A stretch of DNA of 64,000 nucleotides from Styela clava (lineage: Eukaryota): NCBI RefSeq assembly GCF_964204865.1, contig NC_135256.1, positions 9,238,001-9,302,000 on the forward strand. The letters are read 5' to 3'. This document shows, in pieces, positions 13,196-29,639 of the stretch (its first letter is position 1; each line of letters opens with the position of its first letter). The position numbers and the translations under genes were made by a program. Below the pieces are notes generated by a model. That model searched no databases, was not told the DNA's origin, and saw nothing but the letters and a program-made list of their open reading frames with translations.

Positions 13196-13558
13196 ATGAA
13201 TAAATGTATGACAACAGAAGATGGTTTTTGTTCAAAATGTGGAGCCATTTTACCACTGCCTGTTGATTCTATGCAATCATACATTACTTGCATCTGTAAG
13301 TCAAGAATTCCATGTTCAGAGTTTAATAATATGATTGTAGCTAAAGCTGATATAATACTAAATGAAATTAGAGGCAAATCTACAAAGAAAAAGGCAAGGG
13401 ATGACAAATCTTCTGGTCCTAAGTTAGAAAGACTATGTGGACATTGCGGGCATAATGAAATGACATACAAAACTCAACAAACTCGATCAGCAGATGAAGG
13501 AATGACCATATTTTATTATTGCTTGAAATGTGGATCATTAGAAAAGGAAGATTCGTAG
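13196..13558 (+). CDS. POLR1H: DNA-directed RNA polymerase I subunit RPA12, intronless CDS
   Basis: N-terminal FCSKCGAILP zinc ribbon; C-terminal TFIIS-like ribbon CGHCGH..MTY...QTRSADEGMTIFYYCLKC; 120 aa. Confidence 0.95.
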   Translation: MNKCMTTEDGFCSKCGAILPLPVDSMQSYITCICKSRIPCSEFNNMIVAKADIILNEIRGKSTKKKARDDKSSGPKLERLCGHCGHNEMTYKTQQTRSADEGMTIFYYCLKCGSLEKEDS

Positions 13559-14149
13559 AGATTCAATAATAATGCATATGAAAATGTGTGTCTGGATGCC
13601 ACAGACTGGAAAATTTATGATGAGTGCGGGGAAAGATAAGATGCTGTTGCAGTTATACTGTGTTTATTTTTATCGATGTGTCAAGTTCATGCATCGGGAA
13701 TGAATAATTGGTTGACTATTTTCATTCCCAAATCCCAACATAGATTGGAACCTAAATGAGAGAGTGGTTATATTAAGATGTATTATAGACTTTCCTCTTG
13801 CTGAGTAAAATATTGAAATCATATCCTAATTCTATTAATGTAATAATGAGTTCTGATTCAATTGAGGAGACTGCTACTAATTTTTTTAGTGTACACTGAT
13901 ACATAAGCATAGCTATTCATTTTGCTGTGAATACAGCACTGTGAATCTTGTTTTAAAATACAAGACTTTGACTGGACTCTGTTTTGTTTTCTTGCTATAC
14001 AACTGATGGTAAAAAAATTTCAATCGAATTATAAAAAATAGGAGTGTTTAGGAGAGTTATCATGAACAAAAAATTTTTTCAATTTAATTCAGTTATAGTT
14101 TAATGCTTAAATATTACCTACAATTGAAAAATACTTTGAATACTTCAAT

Positions 14150-18385
<4,236 letters not shown>

Positions 18386-18948
18386 AGAATGCATAGTTTG
18401 TGCTGTTTACTGATGAAATTGAAAGAACTAAATAGAGAAATGTTTTGTGATTGGGAATTGTGTGTCGGTGTTATTAGTGGAAAAGCAGGAGCAATTATCA
18501 TTGAAAAGAACTACTAAATGGTGTTTGGTTTTTGGTCCATGAGAGTTGACGTCGTTATTATAAACTTCCTATTGCTGCAATCTTATTCCTATTCCAGTTC
18601 AATATCAAATATTTTACAGATAATTGTTGTTTCAATTTGTCCTACACATGCTTATGTTTGTCATTTTTACTAGTTATTTTTTGTGTCAAACTCTTCTTCA
18701 ATAGAAGAATATTCTGTTGGAAATTTATTCTTTCAGCCTTTTCAGGTTCATGAACCTGGTCCCATGGTCATGCAATACTAGATACAACAGCTACTACTTC
18801 AGGGTAAATCATATAACTGAATTGTCTTTGTGCATTGTTTACAGTCTAGGAAATAAGTTTTAGTGTATCTGATGTTTTATCTTCAATTAGGCCTAGTTAT
18901 CTAGGTCGTGAGACATTGAGCTATAGTTGATTCACTGGATACAACAAC

Positions 18949-21638
18949 ATGCTTCTGTCAAAGTTATCTTCATCCTTGTCTAGAGCTAAAAGTCTTCCTC
19001 TCATTGTGCGAGGCAAACCCATCATAAGGCGTAAGTATATTCCATGCATGGTATTGGTTTTCAATTTGAAAATGTTTGATGGACAATGTCATATGATGAG
19101 TCACTCTGAAATGAGGAAGAGTTCAATAATTCCATTATATCTGACCATATTGACATTATTCTATAATTTTGGTAAACCTAATATTTCAATAAACCTATAG
19201 TTTTGATTTGAGTATATCATTATTAAACATGGAGATCTGATTTCTTTGCTGGTTCACGTCAACTTCACTTTCTTTTACGCAAATTTGCTCAAGGCAAGGT
19301 AACATACTCACTCAGAAATGTCGGAGATTGATCTCTGAGCGAAATAAATGTACCACTGAAGCGCCAAGAGCTACTGAGACACGCTCCTGAAGTATTGGAG
19401 CACAACCTGAACCATAACCTGGTACACACACTGTGTTCAGGTTGTGCGCCATCTTTGGTGCACATACTTCGGGAACTCCACTTAGACTATAATGGATCCT
19501 AGGGTACACTCATTCAGAAACAGTTGATACTCATCTCTAAATAAAGTTACGGGTGACCACCAAAACACAAAGAGCCATGATACTAAAGAATTATAGTGTA
19601 GAATTGCTAGTTATTAAATAATGCCGCAGGACGTAAAGCAGTTTATATCAAACAGCTACAAGGTTGTGGATTTCACATTACTAAGAGTTTCGGAAAATTA
19701 TCTTTTTTTTTTTGGCTGGTATATGCACGGAAAGTCTGGTGTAGGCTCAAAGCCAGCCAAACTTGACAAAGTAGTCATAGCACTCAATGAATATGCAAAA
19801 TTAAATTGGACTGGAAACGAAAGGGATTCATCTATTCAACAGTAATTTAGATCATTTGACTAATCTAGCGATTTGCATGAGGCCTATTAAATAAAATTAT
19901 GCTTATGCCGATATTATGTTATCATATTTATATTATTTTCAGAACCTGTGCGATATGGAGGTCATAAAAAAATTCTCTATACTTTCGTTTCCAAACAGAA
20001 TTCAAGGGACTTTATTAAGCACATGGTTAGTACCATCATGAATACCAATTTCTTGATATATTGGGTATAGAATTCTAAATATTATCTCTTTGGATTCTAA
20101 CTACTTTTTGTGTATATTATAATGGTATGTTTCACAATTCACATACAATGGAAAATTATATTGAACAATAAATGTGGAACGCCAGTTTTTAAACAAATAA
20201 TTTTGGTTTGATTTGAAGTGTTTTTAAGAGTGGAATCATTGTCATGACAATGGCAGTTCAAATTTCAGGCCATAGGTTGTTATAATTCTGAACTTGAAAT
20301 TCAAACCATTTCAGAAATTCTACACAGCACTTGGCTTAGTTCCATCACTTCTTCTAATGTTTTACACTTCGTATGTGGTTGGCGAAGCAGAACTTTATGA
20401 CTATGACATGGATCAATACGAACCAGAGTTCTATGAATTTTTCGCAGTAAGTACATTGAGTGGGCTTTATCATAACTGGCAGAAACTGAAACTTCTTTCA
20501 AGAGAGAAGATGTGAGGGGGACTGAAGATAACTGGATCTTAGGGTAAAGGTCATGGGGTCAGAGTTTGGCATTTTTATTGATGTTGAAGCAAGAGTAGTA
20601 TTATCAAAATTGATGTCAATATGTGTCAAATTTCTCTCAACCTGTTTCTTGTAGTCGAAGTCATGATTTTTGTCAACTAAAACAACATTAATTACGGTAG
20701 GTTGAATAAGTAATCTCAGCAGACAATGAAAAAAGGCACCAAAGCTCAGATGTCAAAATTTGTTTTTTTCAGAGTTGGCAACTGGAGTCTGGGCCAGGAG
20801 TCATTTTTGATCTTCCATGAATTTAATAATATGTGGCTATACTAAAACTTGATCGCCTTTCGCATCTATTGTCAACTCAACAGAACTGTTGGTGCTAAAA
20901 ATTCAATCAATCTTTCCAAATTTATCTAACAGCATCCAATAACCAGGTTCCTAGCAAGATACTGCATGGAAGATCCAAAATTGTCTTACTACAAGGATAT
21001 TTATGCTATCGAATTGGAAACATCATGGACACGTCTGGGGTAATTATTTTTAATTTGGATCCCATAAAACTAACCAGTAACCTGCAATCGCTCGATGTAG
21101 TATATCTGGTAGATATTCGGACAGTCAAATGCTTAACTAGTTACATTGGCGTTAGTGAAATGCCTAAGAATTTTGGCCAATCAACGATTTTATTGGTACT
21201 GGAATGAAGCTGCCATGAACTTCTCAATTATGCTATTAGTTTCAAAATATATCCTGGAATACGCTCGCACTCAAAAATAAAAAAGACTTTATGAGAGACT
21301 TTTGAAATGCTAGATTTTACTCAATTATAATGGTGGTGCATTACACCTTTTGCGAGATTTAAAGCAGAATTTCTTTGAAAAATTATACCAGCAATATATG
21401 AAGCACCTTGCATAATTTCCCAGCTAGATGAGGCAATATATCTGTTGTATACCAGTTGATGAGCTTTGTCCCTCAACATTTCAGTAAATTATGTGACGCT
21501 GTAGAAGAAATGGAGGGAAATGCCCAATTTCGTCGCTGGCAAATTAGCACTGGTATAATTGACAATGCTAAGACAAGAGAAAAATTAGAGGAATATATTG
21601 AAGAACATGGCATAGAAACTGTTGGAAGAAGAGACTGA
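18949..21638 (+). CDS. NDUFB5: NADH dehydrogenase 1 beta subcomplex subunit 5, 5 exons: 18949-19030, 19943-20025, 20315-20446, 20933-21039, 21485-21638
   Basis: Mitochondrial presequence; PVRYGGHKK; KFYTALGLVP transmembrane segment; GEAEL..YEPEFYEFFAHPITRFLARY parallels vertebrate GQAEL..Y.PEHWEYYKHPISRWIAR; splice phases consistent. Confidence 0.85.
19385..19474. repeat. Short hairpin repeat, copy 3 (NDUFB5 intron 1)
   Basis: TCCTGAAGTAT...GCACAACCTGAAC...GTTCAGGTTGTGCGCCATCTTTGGTGCACATACTTCGGGA. Confidence 0.75.
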
Positions 21639-21760
21639 TTCTATCTAAACTCGCAACATATTTTTGATCCCTTGAATCTCTTGTGTTTTTGTTTATCGAA
21701 AAATATATGAACAATAACTGAATATAGTAGTGTAATAGATATTCACAGTGGGATTTTAAT

Positions 21761-23266
21761 TTACTCTTCGTCAATGTATAACATTGTTCGGTCAGTGAGG
21801 CCGAGATCCTTTAACGTTCTTTTCCAGTTTTTAAGCTTCTCTTTTGGCACTTGCAACATAGAGTATACAACGCATCTTCTAATAGGAGCTTTCATTTTAG
21901 TTTTTGCAAAGTTCATCACATCATTTATAGTGCTTGTTGGGGCGAAGTATCTCTCTACTCTTTTACCATCTGGTAACTTAAGTGCTAATCTCAATCTTTC
22001 CTCTCCTGCTGCGGGTTCCGTCTCTGCCCCATTTTTCCGGTCTCCTTGACCAGTATTTTTAGCTCTTGCAGTGCGTGGAGGGAAAACAGATTTTGTTGTC
22101 ATCAAGGAACTTCTAAACTTCTTGTGTTGGGGGCTGTCTTGGTTGTTAATATTGTTCTGTTTTCCTGTGCCATTGCTAGCTGCTGTGCGTTTCATTTTGG
22201 ATGCAGAGTGACTGCTATTTGTTTCTTGTTTGAAATCTGACACGCTCGAATCACTTTTATTCAAGTTCGCAGTAGCGCTGTCAAGAATCATCTGCTGGGC
22301 AAAGGAAGACAATAAATCCAATTCTACAACACTCTCTGTTGGGCTTATAACTCTGAAATCACTATGGTCTGGCGTCTTTGGAATCATTGGGAGAATACTG
22401 TATTTTGATAGCGATGATACAGGCCTTGAGACTTCAGGAAACTGAGATGGATCCGGGCCTGTTTAAATAAGAATATGGTTTTAAGTGTCAATGTCGATCC
22501 AGGGTCAAAATTGCCAGCTATCCAGTATTTATGGAATTATGATGCCAAGTTTTACAAAAGTTTTCTAATAAACCCATTGTCCAGTTATGAATCGGCTCAT
22601 CGAGAGGCTATGGTTTGTTGTAGCATGAAAGTCGCTTTACCTCTACTTCGTGATAAAAATGAAAATTTTATTCCTATTACATTTCCTGTGAATGAATTTA
22701 TTATAATCAACCTTCAGAGTTTGTATCTTCTTCAGGTTTCTGTGATGACTTGCTTGGTCTTGAGGATGCATTCCTGTAACTGCTGTTGGGGGGCCCACTT
22801 CGTCTCAGTGAATAGCCTCTGCGACCATAGGAGTGGTTTTGTTCGCTGTACAAATTCAATTAGAAATAATTTCAGATATACATTTACAAACTTCCCCGAC
22901 AGGAGCTGAGATTGTTGCCATCATATTCGTGCCATGGTCGTTTACCTCAAAATACATGTGTCATACTTAAAGCTTGGTTTTACTTATTCATGACAATAAC
23001 TTTGAATATCAATAATACAATAGAGGGTATGGCAACAAAATCAACTAATGGCTGATTTTGAATGTTTTGCTCACTTAATTAAACGAACTACTGTAGTACT
23101 TTCGAATTATCCCTGATAACTCTCATATCTATTCAGCACAGGCAATTCTGTAATGTTACCTTGTGGAAGACGATGTTGGTTCCTGAGTCTGATGTTGTCT
23201 TGGACGCGACGGAGGTGTAGGGCGTGCTTTCCCTTTAGCGGATTTTGGTCTGACTGAACGTTGCAT
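21761..23266 (-). CDS. UBXN10: UBX domain-containing protein 10-like, 3 exons: 23266-23160, 22845-22712, 22458-21761
   Basis: N-terminal RPKSAKGKARP motif; SSLSKYSILP motif; C-terminal UBX domain (LRLALKLPDGKRVERYF.PT...TLKDLGL); splice phases consistent. Confidence 0.85.
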
Positions 23267-23400
23267 TGATTTTAAAAGTCTGAAAGTGTGTTGATAGTAG
23301 TAGTGCTAGTATACCTTCGATACTTTAAAATAAATGCCACCGCTAACTCATAGGTGCAAAGTAAAAAATCTCGAAACATCCCTCACACTTGGAAACAAGG

Positions 23401-23450
23401 AATAAACGTAAACAAAGTGATCGCCACTGGCGCGTGACATGACGATGCAG
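23401..23450. promoter_or_regulatory. Candidate promoter motifs upstream of UBXN10 (forkhead GTAAACAAA, imperfect X-box-like GTGACATGACGAT)
   Basis: Motifs lie 140-180 bp upstream of the ATG of a cilia-associated gene; short motifs that could be chance. Confidence 0.25.
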
Positions 23451-24736
23451 ACGTGGTGTTTGGAGATTGCTGGCAAATTCAATTTCAAACTTTCCGAAAC
23501 GTGTCATAACAAATACATTTCCTTTAAGTAATAGTACTCAGATTACGAGAACAATTGGAATATTTCCTATTTCGGGAAATATTTTCATGCTTATTTCACA
23601 AACTGATTTACTTGTTTCAAAATTATCATTTTGATTCAAAAATATTTATCTATCTGTTCTTAAAATTAATGATAGCTAATTTAGATCTAGTTTATCACAG
23701 AATTTTTCACTGTAACTAAGCTTGCATTCTTGAAAGACAAGATGACTCTTGATTTATTTGATTTGAAGCAAATTGTGGAAACAAAACTAAAAACTGACAC
23801 CACCAAAGCGTGCTAATGTTTCTGGGCTGCCGTACATACTGTAATTGTTTAGCTAATATCACGGAAATAAATAATCTGGCCGATTATAACTGGTTGTGAA
23901 AAATGATTTATCTCGTTACAACAGCCCGGCCTTGTTTGTGCTTTCTTTTTTCACTCGCTTTCAACGTATGACATATTTTCTAGTGTTCCAGCATTTAACA
24001 ATCAGACTTTTGCACAAAATAAATTATAAATTTGACTCCTTGCATTGCAGTTCTTTTCAGCAATGCCGACGTTTCCAATAGAAGGTGTGAGTCTTTTGAG
24101 GTTAGTGATTTTTTAAAATTAAAACTGAAATCTTTTTTCAACCCGTCAGAAAACTTGTACTTTGTTTTTGGCATTCTGATGATTCAGCGACAGTACAGTT
24201 GGGTGTTATATTAACGTATGGCCCATACTTCATATCATAGCTATGACAACAATTTCTCTCTATTTGAAATAGTGAAGTGAGTTGCAGATCACAGTGGTAC
24301 ATCGGCTGCCCCCGTTAAAAATAATTTTTGTTTCAAACAAAATAATATTTATGTCTTCCATAGTGCATAACTAGAACATTTTAAGTCTGTCGGCCGCGAC
24401 AACTTGCTGTCGGCCGGATTGACAACTTGCTGAAATCGGGATGTATGGTAAACGTAACTAACCGTTATTTACGAGTACCCGTATTAAATAGTACTGGTAT
24501 TTATTTTCATCAAAAAAGCCCAAATTACGCATTTCAATATACATGGAAAGCGTCCAGATGGGATGCAATATGTAGGATCACATTATTTCCACTTTGTATC
24601 AAATTTAACATCTTGCTTTTACATTATTGAATCTAGACTATTCATGAACAAATTGCATGTTCATGTGTTTTATAGGGTCTAATCGATAACTTCAGTTTGG
24701 GTTCTACACGCAATTTAACCAATTTATGGTGACAAC

Positions 24737-25900
24737 ATGGCAAATGATCTCAATAGTATTTTTTCCAAGTTGCGAAACTTCGATGCTTACCCCAAAACTC
24801 TGGAAGATTTTCGCATCAAGACATTTGCAGGAGCAACTGTAACCATCATTTCTTCTGCTATTATGATATTCCTGTTCTTATCTGAATTGAGATATTATCT
24901 CACAACAGATGTCATGGATGAATTGTTTGTAGATATGTCACGTGGTGATAAAATAAAGATAAATGTGGATGTGACCTTCCATTATCTTCCATGTGCTTAT
25001 GTAGCTTTAGATGCCATGGATGTGTCTGGACAACGACAGATCAACGTTCACACAACCTTATATAAGCAAAGATTGGCAAAAGATGGTACTGTAGTTACTG
25101 AGTCCGAAATTGTAGTTTTGGAAGACATCAGACCTAAATCCAATAAAACAGTACCAGATGTGAATGAGTGTGGTAGTTGTTATGGAGCTGAAACCGTAGA
25201 TCTAAAGTGCTGCAATACATGTGACGATGTTCGTGCAGCATACAATAAAAAAGGATGGGCATTTCCAAAAGGTAACATAGTCAAACAATGTGAAAATGAA
25301 CAATTGAAAGAAACGTTGGAGTTACAATCTGGTGAAGGATGTCGTTTGCATGGATACCTCGAAGTAAATAGAGTTGCTGGGAATTTTCACGTTTCCCCTG
25401 GAAAAAGCTATGAAATGGGTCATATGCATGTACATGATATGGCAGCGTTTGGCTCCGGTGCTAAATACAATCTCACTCACACAATCAACCATTTGTCATT
25501 TGGGGATAATTACCCAGGTCAAATATTTCCACTTGATAATCACTATGTCTATGCAGAAGCAGTGGAAATGGTGTTTCAATATTATCTTAAAATTGTCCCA
25601 ACCACCTACATCAAGCTTTCTGGTGATAAGTTGAAAACCAACCAGTTTTCTGTAACGAAACATCAAAAACAACTGTCTTCCAGTGGAGCAGAAACCAGCC
25701 TACCTGGTCTTTTCGTTTCATATGAGTTGTCTCCAATGATGGTTCGCTACACTGAGAAGAGACGTTCATTCTTCCATTTTCTTACATCAGTTTGTGCTAT
25801 TATTGGTGGAGTGTTCACAGTTGCTGGATTGATTGACTCTTTCATATATCATGGGGGTCGTGCATTGCAAAGAAAAATTGAACTAGGCAAAACGACATGA
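24737..25900 (+). CDS. ERGIC3: ER-Golgi intermediate compartment protein 3, intronless CDS
   Basis: FDAYPKTLEDFRIKT, CGSCYGAE...CCNTCDDVR, EGC...GYLEVNRVAGNFH, YELSPMMV, CAIIGGVFTVAGLIDS, KIELGKTT; 387 aa. Confidence 0.97.
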   Translation: MANDLNSIFSKLRNFDAYPKTLEDFRIKTFAGATVTIISSAIMIFLFLSELRYYLTTDVMDELFVDMSRGDKIKINVDVTFHYLPCAYVALDAMDVSGQRQINVHTTLYKQRLAKDGTVVTESEIVVLEDIRPKSNKTVPDVNECGSCYGAETVDLKCCNTCDDVRAAYNKKGWAFPKGNIVKQCENEQLKETLELQSGEGCRLHGYLEVNRVAGNFHVSPGKSYEMGHMHVHDMAAFGSGAKYNLTHTINHLSFGDNYPGQIFPLDNHYVYAEAVEMVFQYYLKIVPTTYIKLSGDKLKTNQFSVTKHQKQLSSSGAETSLPGLFVSYELSPMMVRYTEKRRSFFHFLTSVCAIIGGVFTVAGLIDSFIYHGGRALQRKIELGKTT

Positions 25901-26950
25901 CAAAAATTTCCTGCTTATTATTAGGTAAAAACTAGAGAATATCACAAATAGAAAATTATTTAAATCATTCATCATAATGTGTATGTGCTATTACGATACG
26001 GTTAATATAAATATCTGCTGTTGGGCACAGTTTAAATTTGTTTGATGAAATTATTTTCTTAGTTGTGAAGGTTGAAATTTTGGTGCTGTGTTGACAATCT
26101 GCTGTATTAAAGATACTATGCAATAAAAATAGTAAATTTTTAGTGCTTTTATAACAAATTGAATGGTGTATTGTTGTAATATTGTTATAAATAAGTGGTT
26201 GAGTTTGGGCAACAGCTGTTCACTTATTTAACTCTTTATTAGCAACTATTATTAGTGCACTGTTTTGGACTTCGTTTACTTTTGTTGCAAGTTGTAACCA
26301 GGTAAGCAAAATGTTCATTGTGGTTAACAAAAAGCTGAAACCCTGTCCTTCTACAATAGTCTTGTTGCACGGATTGCATTACAAAAATCTTTTTAACAGC
26401 ATGTAACATGATATTTTATATGACTAATATTGGTTTTCCTGGTCAATGTTAGATGTGCTTCATCACTAATAAAAAATTTTAGTACAGTCCTGGAGCATTA
26501 TAAACCCGCTGCAATGGTTAGCAGGAACATTTTGCCATCCTGTTTTTTCTTTCTTGTTGGCACAAAGCTCTTTGTTGCAGATTATTTTGTTTAAAGCTAT
26601 ATTACTCCAGAAAGTTCGATATATAATCATCAATATCAAGTGGAATATAATTTGTAATTTATGATTCTGTATTTGATGCAATTCTCTGTCTTAAATGTTC
26701 AAGTTATCCTGCCGTTTTTCATTTGGTATGTTTTATTGGAAATTTTGATTATCACATTTTTGCATCCAATTTCAATAGTAATTTATTAGGGCATTTCATG
26801 TGGGATTGTAAACCGCCACTTGTATATTTGATGATGGTAATAAACAGAGTTCTAAAGATATAATTCTGATGCATGTTTAGGATAAATGTACATTAATCAT
26901 ACCAACAAAATAGTGTAGTGTCTATATGTTACAATACTTTAAGTTTAAAT

Positions 26951-27956
26951 CAGGGGTGTGCAAGTGCAACCTTTATTACAGAAGGGCCAGATACAAGTAA
27001 CTGGGTAAAGCCGTGGGCCTCACTTAGGAAACTCTACTTACGTAAGTCTCTAGATACAGAAAATCCGTAATTTTTATGCGGTATTTATCTGTTCTTCCCT
27101 TTTTTCCAAATGTACCTTTTCTACTCATTATGCAGTAATCTAACTCTAACATGTATTTGTTACGGGTTTTAACTACTAGTAGTATTATAATTTCTACAAA
27201 TATTGCTTACGATGGGACTTCCAGAACGAATTAATTTCGTAGGTAAAGTTTCTACTGTAGTTGCAAGCACAAAAGTGTTATTGATCTTACAGCATTGTAA
27301 GGGGTCTTTGCAGAAATTTCGAGTTAAAAACCAACAATTTCTAAAGAAAACTGCTATTCAAATTTATTGTCACACCGACTTTAAAAACGAATTCGATGAG
27401 AAACACGCGTTTATAACATTGTGTATTTTCCAACAGGATTTTGCTAGATAGTTTTGCTAATGTGACAGTGGCACTCAGGTACTAGTATATGCTTCGCGAC
27501 GCAAAGAGATTGAAATTGCGCGCACGTACTAGGATAGGATAGGATTTACATATTTATCCCGGGGGAGAGGAAAGCCGATAAGACGGCTCATCCATATGGC
27601 GAACCACGGCCTCTCGTCCGGTTACCATTCCAAGTCGGGTATGGGATTAGTTATATTGTTTGTTTTCGGAAGCATGGACTTAGTGGTGGAGGAAGCCGTA
27701 ACCGACCAGCGGTTACGTGAACCACCCGACGACGGCGAGGAGTCCAGCAATCCTCTCGCAGATAACCATCCCTCATGGGATTCGAACCTGCGAACCCACG
27801 CAGAGTAATTAGAGGTGTGGTGGCGAGCGTATTCCTAACGCTTAGCCCGTTGAGCCACACCGCCGCTGGAACCAGATTAACTTAACTAAAAACTCGTTTC
27901 GCGGACACACCATTCAAATTGGCACTTCTCCGCGTACCGCAGTTTGCACAACCCTG
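26951..27956. mobile_element. hAT MITE with a nested SINE
   Basis: TIRs CAGGGGTGTGCAA...TTGCACAACCCTG; perfect 8-bp TSD GTTTAAAT (26943-26950, 27957-27964); right end shared with 62140-62267. Confidence 0.85.
27530..27867 (-). mobile_element. Full-length tRNA-derived SINE (~340 bp)
   Basis: On the minus strand: Pol III A box TGGCTCAACGG, B box GGTTCGAATCC, unique body and (ATCCT)n tail; at least 5 partial copies elsewhere in the window. Confidence 0.88.
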
Positions 27957-29639
27957 GTTTAAATCATTAATTCCGATATGAAAATAACAACATTCGAGTA
28001 GGTTTTTTTTTCATTGGTACTTGCATTGCCGTTGCAAAGTGTGTGATGGAATCCCGCAACGGTGATAATTTCAACATTTTGAAAATGCAGCAAAGGTAGC
28101 GTCCATTAGTCATAAAACTGGGGTATATATTTTCGATACATGGAAAAGTAGAGAATTTTGTTATACAATCGAAATTGCATTCTTGTCAGAGCGCGGAAAA
28201 ATACAACGCGCGGGCAGGTGCCTGAATAAACCGTAATATTACAAGCAGTCAGAGAAATTGGCATTGTTAAACAAAATACAAATATCTTTAATCTTGTATG
28301 CGGCTAATAAAATTATAAGGGAAGTGCTGATATTAGTCTTTTTAAAAATAAAAAGTTCGAATCCATGACCTATTATTCAAATCGGCGCCGTAATATTTAT
28401 TTTGCCATCAACAGAATTACATTCTAACTCCAATTGCTCTTCTTAGGAATAAACACATTGAATCCTATACTTTGAATTGGCATATTATGTTGTCATCTGA
28501 CTTTTTCATCCACTTTATGGGCGAAATGCGAACGACGAAACTTGCTATACAATGTGTATAAAGATCATAGCAGTGTTCATTTTCTCTATATTTGATCAAA
28601 CTATATAATTCCTATTGAACAATTCTGCACTTTTTCGATTTACACGTAGAAATTATAATCTATCGCTTTTAAATTGTAATCGTACAGTCAAATTGTAATC
28701 TGTAGTCTGAATAATACTTATTGCCTTTAGCTGCCATGTTTGGTACAATTCAGCTGGGTCGAAGGCAAGGCCTATCTTTTCCTAGTGCATAGCAAGCGTG
28801 ATGTTATTTGATATTGCTCATGTCATTTGTCGGTATACAACTCCAAAGACAACACCATGGAAATACAATATATATCATCAATTACCGAGTATTGCAAAAT
28901 TGGATTCAATGGTAATATTCATTTCGATAGCGAAATTATCGGAATATATATTCTGGAATGCCCGTCAGCCTATATCTACCACATTTGAGTTATCCTAATG
29001 TTCGATGTGGCTTCACTCTGTTCTGTACATTACGCTCATTTGCAGGTGCCTGCAGATGGATTTACAAAAAACGATGCAATCGCTTTAAAAACAACATATA
29101 TATCATATTATGGTAACTTTGAAAAGCTTTATGCATGGATCGAATGTCAGTCATCGTTTATTTATTATTCCTTCATGCACAATTATGTACATGGTCAATA
29201 ACCATTAATCTGCGGAACATGAACTTGATACTAAGCTTTAATGTAAATCCCAAAGAACATATAGATTACGACAAACGCGAACTGGTTTCCCGTTCAAAAT
29301 TATTCCACTGAACAATTCGATTAATTATTAAAATGATGAACGAGCTCTATAAAATGTTGTTACGGAGCTAGATTTCGATGAGTTGACTGTGTCACTTTCT
29401 GTTCGACTAGAACACATAATTGAATTTGTATTTGAAATAGTATGTGGTAAGATAACTACAGAAATATACCTTTAACAATGTATGAGCCCGGTGGTCCAAT
29501 TAAATTTATCTAACACATTTCAAGTAAACTATGTCATTCGCGGGGGCTAGAGAAGGATAAATTTCAGTGATATTGATATATGAGTTCATTTCAAAAAGAT
29601 TTCTCTTCTGATATCCAAACAGAAATTTTGTAAAGTGCA

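Noticed and set aside
21774-22909. Plus-strand ORFs of 64-144 aa
   Set aside because: Antisense shadows of UBXN10 exons with no recognisable motifs
24389-24432. Short direct repeat TCGGCCG..GACAACTTGCTG upstream of ERGIC3
   Set aside because: Two copies only; could be promoter-related but there is no supporting evidence
27770-27867. tRNA gene on the minus strand
   Set aside because: A and B boxes are present but there is no convincing cloverleaf; it continues into a repeated body with a simple-repeat tail, so it is a SINE head
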